A stretch of DNA of 64,000 bases. Source: Octopus vulgaris (Eukaryota). The translations under genes and the position numbers were made by a program. How positions within the stretch are numbered: position 1 is the stretch's first letter; each line of letters opens with the position of its first letter. The DNA is taken from positions 85,188,001 through 85,252,000 of the forward strand of contig OX597814.1 in assembly GCA_951406725.2 (NCBI GenBank), in the 5' to 3' direction. The notes beneath the pieces are model-generated. The model made no database searches and had not been told where the DNA came from. It saw nothing but the letters and a program-made list of their open reading frames with translations. Of this stretch, positions 1 through 10,689 are shown one piece after another.

Positions 1-714
1 TCAGGATGGACCTTCAAAGTATGAAGTGGGTAATCAAGAGTTTGTAATATTTGAACCTAAAGTTGTATCAGGCTTGTCAATATCAAAAGAGTTTTTTTTA
101 ATGCTTATACTGAAATGAACAGATGACAAGTAAAGGGAATTGAATTAAAGGGTATGATATCTAATCAATTTCTTTAGATGTTCAAATATTTGGCTTTTAT
201 ATTTGTCTTTTCAATAAAAAAAAAAGGCACACACCTGATATAATAAATGCAAAAACTAATTTTTGTGTGTCACATTTAGACCCCCTCTCTCACTATTCGA
301 TGACACTCCAACTATTCTTCATGAAAGAGTAATAGTAGGCATAGAGATGGTGAAGGCAGTGGTGATAACAGAGAGAAAGAGAGACAAAGAAATTTAGGGT
401 AGGTTGATGTTTTATTAAAAGTAGTAGTAGTGATGGTGGCAGTGGGAATAATAATAAAAGAAAGAGAAAGAGTGGGTATGTGAGAGAAAGAGGGGGATGT
501 ACAACTTCGTTTAACCATGTCTCTTTGACAGAAATTCCTGTCGCCAACATACTGAACACTATCATTTTTGTTTTATTTTTTGCTTTCTTTAATACATATG
601 CACACACACACACACACATAAAATACACTTTAATTGAAATAAAGTTTCCCCAATATGAAACATATCTAATATAATAAATGTGAATGTTAGCGGGTCACAC
701 TTTTTCAACTTTAA

Positions 715-933
715 TAAATCCTTTCTACTGGAAGCACAAGACCTCAAATTTTGGGAGGAGGAATTAAGTCGATTACATCGACCCCTGTATGTAACTGGTA
801 CTACTTTTATTGACCCAAAAGGATGAAAGGCAAAATCGACATCAGTGGAATTCGAACTCAAAACTTAACGGCAGACGAAATACCGCTAAGCATTTCACCC
901 GGCATGCAAACAATTCTGCCAGCTCACCACCTT
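715..933 (-). mobile_element. tRNA-derived SINE, family B (Nin/Deu-like central domain)
   Basis: Reverse strand reads ggtggtgagctggcagaattg...gagttcgaattcc (A/B-box-like), then gcctttcatccttttgggtcaataaaagtagtaccag; the same sequence recurs many times in the window. Confidence 0.8.
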
Positions 934-1112
934 AATATGCTATGATAATATAATAGTAACGATTTTTTGCCAAGCTAATGCGGCAGTCCCATTTTGGGAT
1001 GAATGCCACTGTTGTTTAGCCCAAGTGTCCTTATATTTTCAAAATGTGCATGTCAGTGTGTCACTATACTCCTAGAGGCCATAGCCCAACATATCATACC
1101 ATTTTGGAAGCA

Positions 1113-1405
1113 AGCTGACTCCGTGAGTAAATTAAAAACATTCTGGGCTGAATCCGGACCCACAATCCTGAAATTTTGGGTTCCCAAGCTTTCATTATTG
1201 TGATTGTCTTTGGCAATATTTTTATATGACTTTTTGTGACAAATTTTTTTGTACAATAACAATTTTTATATGAAGGCTAACTCTGATAGTAAATTAAAAA
1301 CATTCCAGGCCAAATCCAGACCAGCAATCCTGAAATTTTGAAATTCCTAGGCTTTCATTACTGCAATTGTTTTCAAATTTTTTTACATGATTTTTTGCGA
1401 CAAAT
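1113..1405. repeat. Diverged ~163-bp tandem duplication
   Basis: agtaaattaaaaacattc...caatcctgaaattttg...gctttcatta...gacaaat occurs at ~1125-1245 and again at ~1288-1405. Confidence 0.75.
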
Positions 1406-1804
1406 ATGATCATCATTGGGATAATACTCTGGAGGAAGCAATTGCAACAAATTCTTCAAAACAAGTCAGAGAACTGTTTGCAGATCTTCTCATTCAGGGT
1501 CAGTTGTTTAAAAGCTATATACTAGCTTAAAAGCTGCCCTATCGAGTGGCTTTTCAGCTAGTGTATATATAAAACAGAGTTATGCTTTGTAAGCTCTCTG
1601 TTAGTACACCAGGCTAACAATACTGTTTAGATTAGTAAGGAACTCCGCATATTCTTGTGACAGGATGCAAGGTTATAGTTCATCACCATTCTATATTGTA
1701 AATCTGTGGTTGTGCCCTAGTTGTACTGGTTTTTACACAGAGTGGTATACAAGACAAGGTATAAATAACAGTTATTACATATTTTTCTTTAATATATATA
1801 AGCA

Positions 1805-2022
1805 GAGACATGACTGTGGTTAAGAGCCACATGGTTTTCAGGGTCTTTGGGCAAATGTCTTCAAGTATAGCTCGTGGAGGATGGGGCAATGCCTGGTGAT
1901 TTAACTTGATAGCTAGAAACTGTGTGGAAGCCTATCCATATATGGGTGTGTGCATTTGTGTATGTCACACATATCCCCACCACTTGACATCCAGTGCTGG
2001 TTTGTTTATGCCCCCATAACTT
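1805..2022 (+). mobile_element. SINE family A, degenerate partial copy
   Basis: tgtggttaagagccacatgg...ttgggcaaatgtcttc...cacttgacatccagtgctggtttgtttatgcccccataactta matches the family A copies. Confidence 0.6.
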
Positions 2023-2265
2023 AACATATGTGAATGTTGAAGTGGTGCCAAAACTCACACTGAACTGCTTTGACAAATTCATTATTCTTCATGTAACTGT
2101 CATAGGTAAACATGTAATGCTCTATCGTCCATGATGCCATGGCTTCACCTGGAAAGAAAAAAGCTATAACACCACTTGTCAGACCTATGTCCTTCCCCCT
2201 GGGGCTGAGTAATAGCCACTTCAAAAACATCCACTCTCTCTGCCCCACTTGTGTATATATATATC

Positions 2266-2507
2266 CCTCTAGCGTCTAACGTCTGACCTCTGACTTCTGC
2301 CTGAAGTCAGAACGCCATGATAGACCGTTAGCTCCTACACGCATTTTTTCCTTCCTTGTTTCTTTTCTGTGTATCTTTCTGTCGAAGAGCATAGGCTCAA
2401 AACGTAAAAGACTTGTTCTATTTCTATTCCTGAGCGCCATACTAATACATTTGTTTGTACTCCACCTGCCTTCGTCTTTTGTTTATTTTCGTAAACCTTC
2501 CCGTTAC
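2266..2507 (+). mobile_element. Short microsatellite-flanked element carrying a degenerate minimal hammerhead (Penelope-tail-like)
   Basis: Bounded by (TA)n and (TA)(CA)n; contains tcttt-CTGTCGA-a-gagc atag gctc-AAAA-cg-TA-aaaga; a more degenerate copy lies at ~21780-21958. Confidence 0.5.
2374..2411 (+). ncRNA. Hammerhead-like motif, atypical or mutated core
   Basis: Stem I tcttt/aaaga and stem II gagc/gctc are present; the core deviates (CUGUCGA for CUGANGA, AAAA for GAAA). Confidence 0.4.
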
Positions 2508-2644
2508 ATATATACACACACACACACAAACAAACAGATGTATAAATTCATACACATATATATATGTGATGATTGTCTCCTCTTCTCAGATAATAGCCTT
2601 CACACATTGCAAAATGATAGTGAAGCATCTTCATGTCATTGGAT

Positions 2645-2846
2645 TTAAGCGACAAATGCTTGTAAAACACTTTTGCCACTCTCTTGGTCATCATAGTAGG
2701 TTTCAGTGACAAGCATTGCAAGATGACTGGTAACATTTTTGACTTCCAGTTTTATGGCAGAATATTCTCCTCCTAAAAGATCAGCCTTATCCACAGCTTT
2801 GTCAAAAATAACTGGAACCTCTTCTACTCCTGGAAATCTATTTAAC
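2645..2846 (-). CDS. Probable terminal coding exon of an unidentified host gene (LNRFPGVEEVPVIFDKAVDKADLLGGEYSAIKLEVKNVTSHLAMLVTETYYDDQESGKSVLQAFVA*)
   Basis: Acceptor ccttttttatag-like (agtcctttttatag|G, phase 2), protein-like composition, TAA stop at 2645-2647; not a repeat. Confidence 0.6.
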
Positions 2847-2979
2847 CTATAAAAAGGACTCTGACAGGTACTATTTTGGGTCAGAACATACCTAGGAGCA
2901 ATGGTAATAAAGGAGTGACTCCACATTCCCCACAAAACACACACACACATACATACACATACACACACACACACATACC

Positions 2980-3118
2980 ATTGCTTCAGCTCTCCCAGCA
3001 GTCAGAAATGTATTCCAGATCATTCTACTTTAGTCACTAGACTACTATGTATCAATCTTTTTGGTATTGAATTTCAACAGGATGTCCATTAGGCTCATCA
3101 AACATTAATTGGCTAACC
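2980..3118 (+). repeat. ~140-bp local dispersed duplication (copy 1)
   Basis: tcagctctcccagc...agtcactag.ctac.atgtatcaat...ggtattgaatttcaacag...ccattag.ctcatca; second copy at ~5929-6055. Confidence 0.7.
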
Positions 3119-3204
3119 AATAATTTATATATATATATACATTGTGTGTGTGTGTGTGTGTGTGTGTATGAATGTATATGTGTGTATGTGTATATATATA
3201 TACA

Positions 3205-3257
<53 letters not shown>

Positions 3258-3301
3258 ATTTTTTTCAGGATTAAATTAAAAGACAACAGAAAGTATGACA
3301 T

Positions 3302-3338
<37 letters not shown>

Positions 3339-3367
3339 TGTGTATATATATACAATTCAAAAAACGT

Positions 3368-3516
3368 AGGTGTGGCTGTGTAGTAAGAAGCTTGCTTCCC
3401 AACCACATGGTTCCAGGTTCAGTCCCACTGCATGGCACCTTGGGCAAGTGTCTTCTACTATAGCCTCGGGTCAACCAAAACCTTGTGAGTGGATTTGGTA
3501 AGCAGAAACTGAAAGC

Positions 3517-3572
<56 letters not shown>

Positions 3573-3779
3573 TGTGTGCCTGTGCTTGTCCCCGCACCAT
3601 AGCTTGACAACCGATGTTGGTGTATTTACATCCCTGTAACTTAGCACTTCAGCGAAAGACACTGAGAATAAGTACTAGGCTTACAAAGAATAAGTCCGGG
3701 GGTCGATTTGTTCAACTAACAGTGGTGCTCCAGCATGGCTGCAGTCAAATGACTGAAACCAATACAAGAATAAAAGAAT
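3368..3779 (+). mobile_element. tRNA-derived SINE, family A (internal microsatellite, LINE-like 3' tail)
   Basis: tggctgtgtagtaag A-box, ggttcagtccc B-box, caccttgggcaagtgtctt CORE-like motif, internal (TA)n, 3' ggtgctccagcatggctgcagtcaaatgactgaaac...aataaaagaata. Confidence 0.85.
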
Positions 3780-3815
3780 ATGATCATATACTAAATACAC
3801 GTGCATATGTATGTA

Positions 3816-3846
<31 letters not shown>

Positions 3847-4061
3847 TTTGTGAAATAGAAAGATGAATAATCTTGTTGCAGATTAATCAAAAGTTTAACC
3901 GATACCTTGGTAGCAAAAATCACAGCAGAAGACAGCACGGTTGGAGGTACAACCATATGGTGTTGCAACCGTGCGTTGGTGCGGATAATTGAATTTTAAT
4001 ATTATTAGTGAATTGAAGAAATGGAGTTGAACGAAGATTGAACAGAAATCGCTTTATTGCA

Positions 4062-4126
4062 TTCTACACGTGTTTCGAAAGGCACGATTGAATAAGGAGA
4101 CCATATTGTGTCTTTCTCTTCAGGAA
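4062..4126 (-). ncRNA. Minimal hammerhead ribozyme (copy 1; 15-nt deletion in loop II)
   Basis: Minus strand: ttc-CTGAAGA-gaaag acac...gtgc ctttc-GAAA-cacgtg-TA-gaa. Confidence 0.7.
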
Positions 4127-4296
4127 GAAATAGGAAATCCGTTGGAAAAAACAAAAACAGAACAGAGGCGGAGCAAAACAAATCGAACGAGGCTCCTAAG
4201 AGCCCATGGCCAAACTCTATATATATATATATAATATTATTAGTGAATTGAAGAAATGGAGTTGAATGAAGATTGAACAGAAATCGCTTTATTGCA

Positions 4297-4376
4297 TTCT
4301 ACACGTGTTTCGAAAGGCACAATTTACCAAATTCTGATTGAATAAGGAGACCATATTGTGTCTTTCTCTTCAGGAA
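4297..4376 (-). ncRNA. Minimal hammerhead ribozyme (copy 2)
   Basis: Intact CUGAAGA/GAAA core, long stem II, palindromic CACGUG stem III, GUA triplet. Confidence 0.72.
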
Positions 4377-4555
4377 GAAATAGGAAATCCGTTGGAAAAA
4401 ACAAAAACAGAACAGAGGCGGAGCAAAACAAATCGAACGAGGCTCCTAAGAGCCCATGGCCAAACTCTTTGGCCATGGGCTCTTAGGAGCCTCGTTCAAT
4501 TTGTTTTGCTCCGCCTCTGTTCTGTTTTTGTTTTTTCCAACGGATTTCCTATTTC

Positions 4556-4635
4556 TTCTTGAAGAGAAAGACACAATATGGTCTCCTTATTCAATCGGAA
4601 TTTGGTAAATTGTGCCTTTCGAAACACGTGTAGAA
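4556..4635 (+). ncRNA. Minimal hammerhead ribozyme (copy 3, C3U core mutation)
   Basis: ttc-TTGAAGA-gaaag...ctttc-GAAA-cacgtg-TA-gaa, followed by AATAAA at 4639. Confidence 0.6.
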
Positions 4636-4690
4636 TGCAATAAAGTGATTTCTGTTCAATCTTCATTCAACTCCATTTCTTCAAGTCACT

Positions 4691-4737
<47 letters not shown>

Positions 4738-5928
4738 ATTCAAAAAACATGTAGAAAATAAACATACGAACATATACTAAATACAAATGTGTGTGTGTGT
4801 GTGCGTATATAACGTAACATAATATAACATAATGTAATATATAATATCTATAGATTAAAGGGTCTGGAGCAATAGCATCTTTTAGCTAGTAACATAGGAT
4901 ATTGGACCACTTATTCCCAGGGAGAAAATGATGTTTTAATCAATGATTCATATTCTGGTTTAGTACCAAGATGTCCCACAGACTGTCTACACAGACCTGG
5001 GCAGACATAAAAAGACAATACCTTATAATAATAATAATTATAACTTACACCAACCCTGAATGGCAGTTTTCCAAACATCAGCAGATGAAGGCAGTTACTG
5101 GTGGAAAGCCACTTTATCAGACAGATCCTAATAGGCCAAATATTAGGCAGCCTACTACAGAAGAACATATATCTTTGCTATCATAATACCTTTATGGCAT
5201 GAGAAGAAGATTTTGAAAATAAAGATTGTGCTGATCAATTACTTGCAATCAATTACTGCCTTTTCATGTAGAGGTTTGTCACTTATTTCTTACTTATTTT
5301 TCATATGTTTGTGTATGCACATGCATGCCTGTGCATGCATGCATGCCAATGTAATGTTATAACTTCCATGCTATGTTCATGGTGGGTTATAGAAGATCCA
5401 AGAAATATTAACACAGAATTAACAGTAAATACATCAGCTAAGGTTACAAATTGAAACACAGCTTTTTTTTCTATTTCATTTTATTTTAGTCTTCTATTTA
5501 TTTTTCTATTCCTCCCCACACTACCATCTTCCTTCCTATTCACGTAGTTAAATAAGTTTGTAACCTCCCTGAAATAGATAAGTGCCAACTTTAAAGCAAA
5601 AAGAAAAATAAAGTACAAAGTTATTGATTCTGCAGGTTTCACTGTCTTTTCTTTTTTTATAGGTCTTTGCTCCACTGCTTCCCTAGTGCATCATGTTTGA
5701 TGTGTAAATCAATATCTGACAGTTAAATATCTGTTGTCAAACTCTAGCTTCATCTGATTTAAAGTTTCAAAGAGTTAATGATGCGATAACAGGTATTGGA
5801 TATTGAGGTGAGATGACAACTGAGTGATTAAGGTATATTCTAACTGTAAATAGGTCATGAGTTCAAATGTGTGGCTGGTGTTTCATAGTGTTTCAGGACA
5901 CAAAAAACATACACACACACACTTTTCT

Positions 5929-6055
5929 ATTACCTCAGCTCTCCCAGCTATCAGGAATGTTTCAGATCAGTCACTAGGCTACAATGTATCAATTCTCATG
6001 GTATTGAATTTCAACAGAATTTCCATTAGACTCATCAGATATTAATTAGTTAATG
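5929..6055 (+). repeat. ~140-bp local dispersed duplication (copy 2)
   Basis: Similar to 2980-3118; both copies follow a (CA)n run. Confidence 0.7.
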
Positions 6056-6064
6056 AGGGTAACT

Positions 6065-6228
6065 TGCTAAATATAACAGCCAAATCTCACTCAAACTATA
6101 CCCTATTTTCTTAGAAAAGGCCACATTAGATAATGTAGTCTCACATGCACTATACTTTGGATACAAAAATAGAGAGATGGATATGACTGGAATGCTTAAT
6201 CAATATCAACTTGAAGCTAAACAACATT
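6065..6228 (+). repeat. Unclassified short interspersed repeat, family D (ends ...ctaaacaac)
   Basis: agccaaatctc.ctcaaa...gataatgtagtc...gactggaatgc...ctaaacaaca; related copies at ~8030-8200(-), ~11820-12020(-), 12740-13808(+), ~22515-22700(-). Confidence 0.55.
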
Positions 6229-6682
6229 AACTCATCTTGCACAGTCCATTTACCCATAGGTGGACATCTAGCTGGGCCACAAAAAAATCCCAAGCTGACA
6301 GAGATAACTGAAAATGAATAAAGGAGTTACACTTATTTGGCAAAGAATCTGATCTGAGTTTGTATATTGAAACTGAAACAATTGCAGCCAAATTTGTTGT
6401 TTAAATACAAACACCATTATATTTACTTTTATGCTGTAATTGTCTTATATTATTAAGCATCTATGCATGTTGTAAGAGGTGTCTAAAAGTGTTAGCTAAC
6501 AGAAATGAGAGTATCTGGCCATAAAGCACACTGCCTCAGAACAGCCATCTAACTCAAGCCAACACCAATAAATAGGTGTATAACAATGATGAATGAGGAA
6601 GAAAGACTTTCATCATACATTTATAAGCTGGTCGCTTCCAATCTATTTATATTGTAACAATTTACAACAAAGATAGGATGGA

Positions 6683-6826
6683 AGGTGTAGCTGTGTGGTT
6701 AAGAAGGTTGCTTTGCAACCACATAATCTCAGATTCAGTCCCACTGCACAACATCTTGGGCAAATGTATTCTTTTATAACCAATGCTTTGTGGATTTGGT
6801 AGATATAAATTGTGTGGAAGTCCATC

Positions 6827-6860
<34 letters not shown>

Positions 6861-7105
6861 GAGAGGGGGAAGAGAAATTTAAATAGATATGTCTTTGTAT
6901 TTGTCCTCCACCACCACTTGACAATTGGTGTTGGTGTGTTTATATCACCCATTACTTAGCAGTATAGCATAAGAGGCTAACAGAATAAGTACCAGACATA
7001 ATTAAAAATGAGTACTGGAGTCAATTTGTTTGACCAAACTCCTTAAGATGGTGCCCTAGCATGGCCGCAGTCAAACTACTCAAACAAGTAAAAATAAAAG
7101 AAAAG
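6683..7105 (+). mobile_element. SINE family A
   Basis: Same head, CORE-like motif, internal (TA)(GA)n and ggtgccctagcatggccgcagtc tail. Confidence 0.8.
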
Positions 7106-7224
7106 ATATTAATACTTTAGAATCAAACAAATATTAAATATATAAGGTGATTGAGAAGCCCATTTAGCATTATTTTTTTTTATTTATTTTTTTTTTTGCA
7201 ATTTTGCTATTTTGTGGTGAACGT

Positions 7225-7590
7225 CAACCCTCAAAGGATGAAAGGCAAAGTTGACTTAAACAGAATTTGAACTCAGAACATAAAAAGCCATAAGCAAATA
7301 TCAAGAGGTATTTTGTTTAATGCTCTAATGATTCTGCCAATCCACTGTCCTTAAGATACTTTTATTACAATAAGTGCTAAGGCAGTGAGCTGGCAGTATT
7401 GTTACCATGCTGAACAAATTGCTTAGAGCAGTTGTTCCAGCTCTTTACATTCTGAGTTCAAATGCCATTGAGGTTGACTCTGCTTTCATCCTTTTGAGGT
7501 TAAGAAAATAAATACCAGTTGAGCACTGGAGTTGATGTAAATGACAGTCCTCTTTCTTCCAAAATTGCAAGCCTTGTACCAACTAGAAAT
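7225..7590. mobile_element. Head-to-head pair of family B SINEs (7225-7352 minus, 7380-7590 plus)
   Basis: aaaggatgaaaggcaaagttgac (minus) and ggcagtgagctggcag...gagttcaaat...gctttcatccttttgagg (plus). Confidence 0.7.
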
Positions 7591-8529
7591 AACTATGATT
7601 AATAACTATCTTTAAAAAAAAGGGGAGGAGAGTAAGGACCAAATATATATATTCAACTTAGAAAGTAAATCGAAATATTAAGAACACAACACAAGATATA
7701 TGCTGAAACTAATGAAGTAGCATTAGAATATTTCTGGTTCAAATTTTTATGTTACTGTTTTGACAAATCCATCAAATGTTTGATAGGAAGTTAACATCAG
7801 CCATCAGGTAGATATCTGCAAGTGGTGATAAGTTATTACAGTTGATAAAATAATATACCATTCAAATACTGGGGTTGGTTTAATTGACTAATCCCTCTCC
7901 TCAAGATAGCTAGTTTTAATGCTTAAATTAGAAACAATGTGATATGGATAATCTATATACTAGCTATCATGCACATCCTGCAATTAACCCAAAGCCTAGA
8001 GTTTCTTATCTCAATTTTTGATGTGGGTTAACACAGGTCAGTGCTGATCATGCATGCTTTTGATTAAAAGCATTCCAGCAGTAATCTTATTGCCTTTTTC
8101 TCAGACATAATGCATCTATATCTAGTACTGTATTATCCAATTTGTCTTTCCTTTATTATTGTGATTTGAGAGCAATTGTTATTTCTACCAGAGCAAGCAG
8201 TCATATAGATACTCTATTAAGAGAGGCTGAATGCTGAACTTTCTACTCATAGTCTTCTCCTGATCCTTAGGAGAAACTGAACTCAGCATTGTAAGGAAGC
8301 ATTTGTTACATATGCAGATTAACCATTCCTTTGCAACAGCAGTGAACTATACCCACATCTTGTAATTATTTGATAATTAGGGTGCTACAATTATTTCGCT
8401 ATGCAAGAGACGCTGTTTATCCATAACCGACCAATCTGCTTTCTGTATTGCTTCTCTATTCTTGGTAACATCAACAGTGTCCCTAAATCTAACATCATAT
8501 CTAGTTAGATCCTCATTAGCCTGTGAAAT

Positions 8530-10689
8530 ATGTCTTGTGTTTTAGCAGCTAGATTCCTACGGGACAATCTGCTGACAGCCACTGACCAGATCTGTGGATG
8601 GAGCAAAGTACCATCTCGACCCAGAGTAACATGGTGGTGGAACACTGTGGTTGACAGGGCTATTAGACAAAAGAGACAGGCTTGGAAGGACTGGAAGAAC
8701 GGTGGTAGCAGGGAATTGTATCAGACAGCCAAAAGGGAAGCTAGGAGACAGGTTTATTTAGCCAGAGGGGAAGCGGATAAGAAAAAATTTGCCAATGTTC
8801 TGAGCCGTGAGGATGAAAGACTTGAGGTATTTCGTGTTGCAAGACAGTGTGTGAGAGAGAATCGTGATGTGGTAGGAGAGAAGTGTGTTCGCATGGATGA
8901 TGGTTCACTTGCGCTAAATGAGGATGCAAAGAGAGAGGTTTGGAGATGCCACTATGAAAGGTTGCTGAATAAAGAAAATGAATGGGATAAAGAGAGTCTG
9001 CCGAATGTTGACCCAACAGAGGGACCAGCTATCCGAGTTGATAGTTCCGTGGTAGCTAAGGCAATTAGAAGCATGAAGACAGGGAAAGCCCCAGGCCCAT
9101 CAGGAATTACTGCAGAGATGCTCAAAATATCTGGCAGTGTCGGCTATAACCTAGTCACCCGTATAGTCAACCAGGTGATACACGAAGGAGTCATACCCAA
9201 TGACTGGTGTAGCAGCATACTAGTCAACTGCTACAAAGGTAAAGGTGATGCCCTAGATACAAATAATTACAGAGGTATCAAGCTGTTGGATCAGGTAATG
9301 AAGGTTACGGAGAGGGTCATAGCCCAACTAATTAGAGAGAGAGTTAGTTTAGATGAGATGCAGTTTGGGTTTGTCCCAGGGAAAAGCACCACTGATGCTA
9401 TATTCCTGGTAAGGCAGCTGCAGGAGAAATACCTAGCCAAAGATAAGCCCCTGTACCTGGCTTTCGTTGACATGGAGAAAGCCTTTGATAGGGTCCCCCG
9501 ATCCCTCATCTGGTGGTCAATGAGGAAACTAGGGATAGATGAATGGCTGGTGAGGGCTGTGCAAGCCATGTACAGAGATGCCGTAAGTAAGGTTAGAGTT
9601 GGCAGCATGTACACAGAAGAATTCAAGGTAGAGGTTGGGGTCCACCAGGGTTCAGTACTCAGCCCCCTCCTATTTATCATAGTCCTCCAGGCAATTGTGG
9701 AGGAATTCAAGACAGGTTGCCCCTGGGAGCTCCTCTATGCTGACGACCTCGCTCTAATCGCTGAGTCACTATCAGAACTGGAGGAGAAGTTCCAGGTGTG
9801 GAAGGAGGGTTTAGAATCGAGGGGCCTTAGAGTCAACCTAGCTAAAACCAAAGTACTAATAAGTAGAAAGTTAGAAAATCCACAAATATCCTCAGGAAGA
9901 TGGCCCTGCTCGATCTGTAGAAAAGGTGTAGGTAGAAACTCTATAAGATGTACCCAGTGTAAGCTATGGACACATAAGAGGTGCAGCAATGTCAAAGGTA
10001 GGCTAACTGGGAAGATAGTTTTTGTATGTGGCAGATGCTCTGGAGCATTGACCTCCGAAAATCTGCAGAAAACAACTTCCGTCACTTTCCGGGGGGAAAA
10101 ACTAGAAGTAGTTGATAGCTTCCGCTATCTAGGTGACCAAGTCAGTAGTGGGGGCGGGTGCGCTGAAAGTGTAACTGCTAGAATAAGAATAGCCTGGGCA
10201 AAGTTTAGGGAGCTCTTACCTCTGCTGGTGACTAAAGGCCTCTCGCTCAGAGTAAAAGGCAGACTGTATGATGCATGTGTACGAACAGCTATGCTACATG
10301 GCAGTGAAACATGGGCCGTGACTGCTGAGGACATGCGTAAGCTTGTGAGGAACGAAGCCAGTATGCTCCGATGGATGTGTAATGTCAGTGTACTTACTCG
10401 ACAGAGCGTTAGTACCTTGAGAGAAATGTTGTACCTAAGAAGCATCAGTTGTTGTGTGCAAGAGAGACGATTGCGCTGGTATGGTCATGTGGCGAGAATG
10501 GATGAAGATAGGTGTGTGAGAAAGTGCCAATCCCTAGCAGTTGAGGGAACCCATGGAAGAGGTAGACCCAGGAAAACCTGGGACGAAGTGGTGAAGCACG
10601 ACCTTTGGACGTTAGGTCTCACCATGGAAATGACTAGAGACCGAGACCTATGGAAGTATGCTGTGCGTGAGAAGACCCGGCAAGACTAG
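8530..10689 (+). CDS. RTE ORF: reverse transcriptase with an inserted PHD-type zinc finger (first few codons probably flanking DNA)
   Basis: Uninterrupted 719-codon frame; C4HC3 motif at 9901-10038. Confidence 0.9.
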   Translation: MSCVLAARFLRDNLLTATDQICGWSKVPSRPRVTWWWNTVVDRAIRQKRQAWKDWKNGGSRELYQTAKREARRQVYLARGEADKKKFANVLSREDERLEVFRVARQCVRENRDVVGEKCVRMDDGSLALNEDAKREVWRCHYERLLNKENEWDKESLPNVDPTEGPAIRVDSSVVAKAIRSMKTGKAPGPSGITAEMLKISGSVGYNLVTRIVNQVIHEGVIPNDWCSSILVNCYKGKGDALDTNNYRGIKLLDQVMKVTERVIAQLIRERVSLDEMQFGFVPGKSTTDAIFLVRQLQEKYLAKDKPLYLAFVDMEKAFDRVPRSLIWWSMRKLGIDEWLVRAVQAMYRDAVSKVRVGSMYTEEFKVEVGVHQGSVLSPLLFIIVLQAIVEEFKTGCPWELLYADDLALIAESLSELEEKFQVWKEGLESRGLRVNLAKTKVLISRKLENPQISSGRWPCSICRKGVGRNSIRCTQCKLWTHKRCSNVKGRLTGKIVFVCGRCSGALTSENLQKTTSVTFRGEKLEVVDSFRYLGDQVSSGGGCAESVTARIRIAWAKFRELLPLLVTKGLSLRVKGRLYDACVRTAMLHGSETWAVTAEDMRKLVRNEASMLRWMCNVSVLTRQSVSTLREMLYLRSISCCVQERRLRWYGHVARMDEDRCVRKCQSLAVEGTHGRGRPRKTWDEVVKHDLWTLGLTMEMTRDRDLWKYAVREKTRQD

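Larger units (their letters stand above)
3997..4699. mobile_element. Penelope pseudo-LTR-like module in three copies: two direct (3997-4218, 4232-4467) and one inverted (4468-4699)
   Basis: Near-identical ~235-bp units; copies 2 and 3 form a palindrome centred on ggccaaa-ctc-tttggcc; (TA)n spacer and flank; each unit holds a hammerhead motif. Confidence 0.85.

Noticed and set aside
3368-3440. tRNA gene
   Set aside because: A/B boxes belong to SINE heads; no cloverleaf or poly-T terminator (same for families B and C)
4338-4562. 74-aa ORF across the palindrome
   Set aside because: By-product of the inverted repeat; no coding signal
8530-8560. Target-site duplication for the RTE insertion
   Set aside because: No matching direct repeat found by eye between the 5' junction and the sequence after the (GAT)n tail
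8741-10445. Antisense ORFs within the RTE (and likewise within the CR1 and Penelope)
   Set aside because: Shadow frames of the RT coding strand
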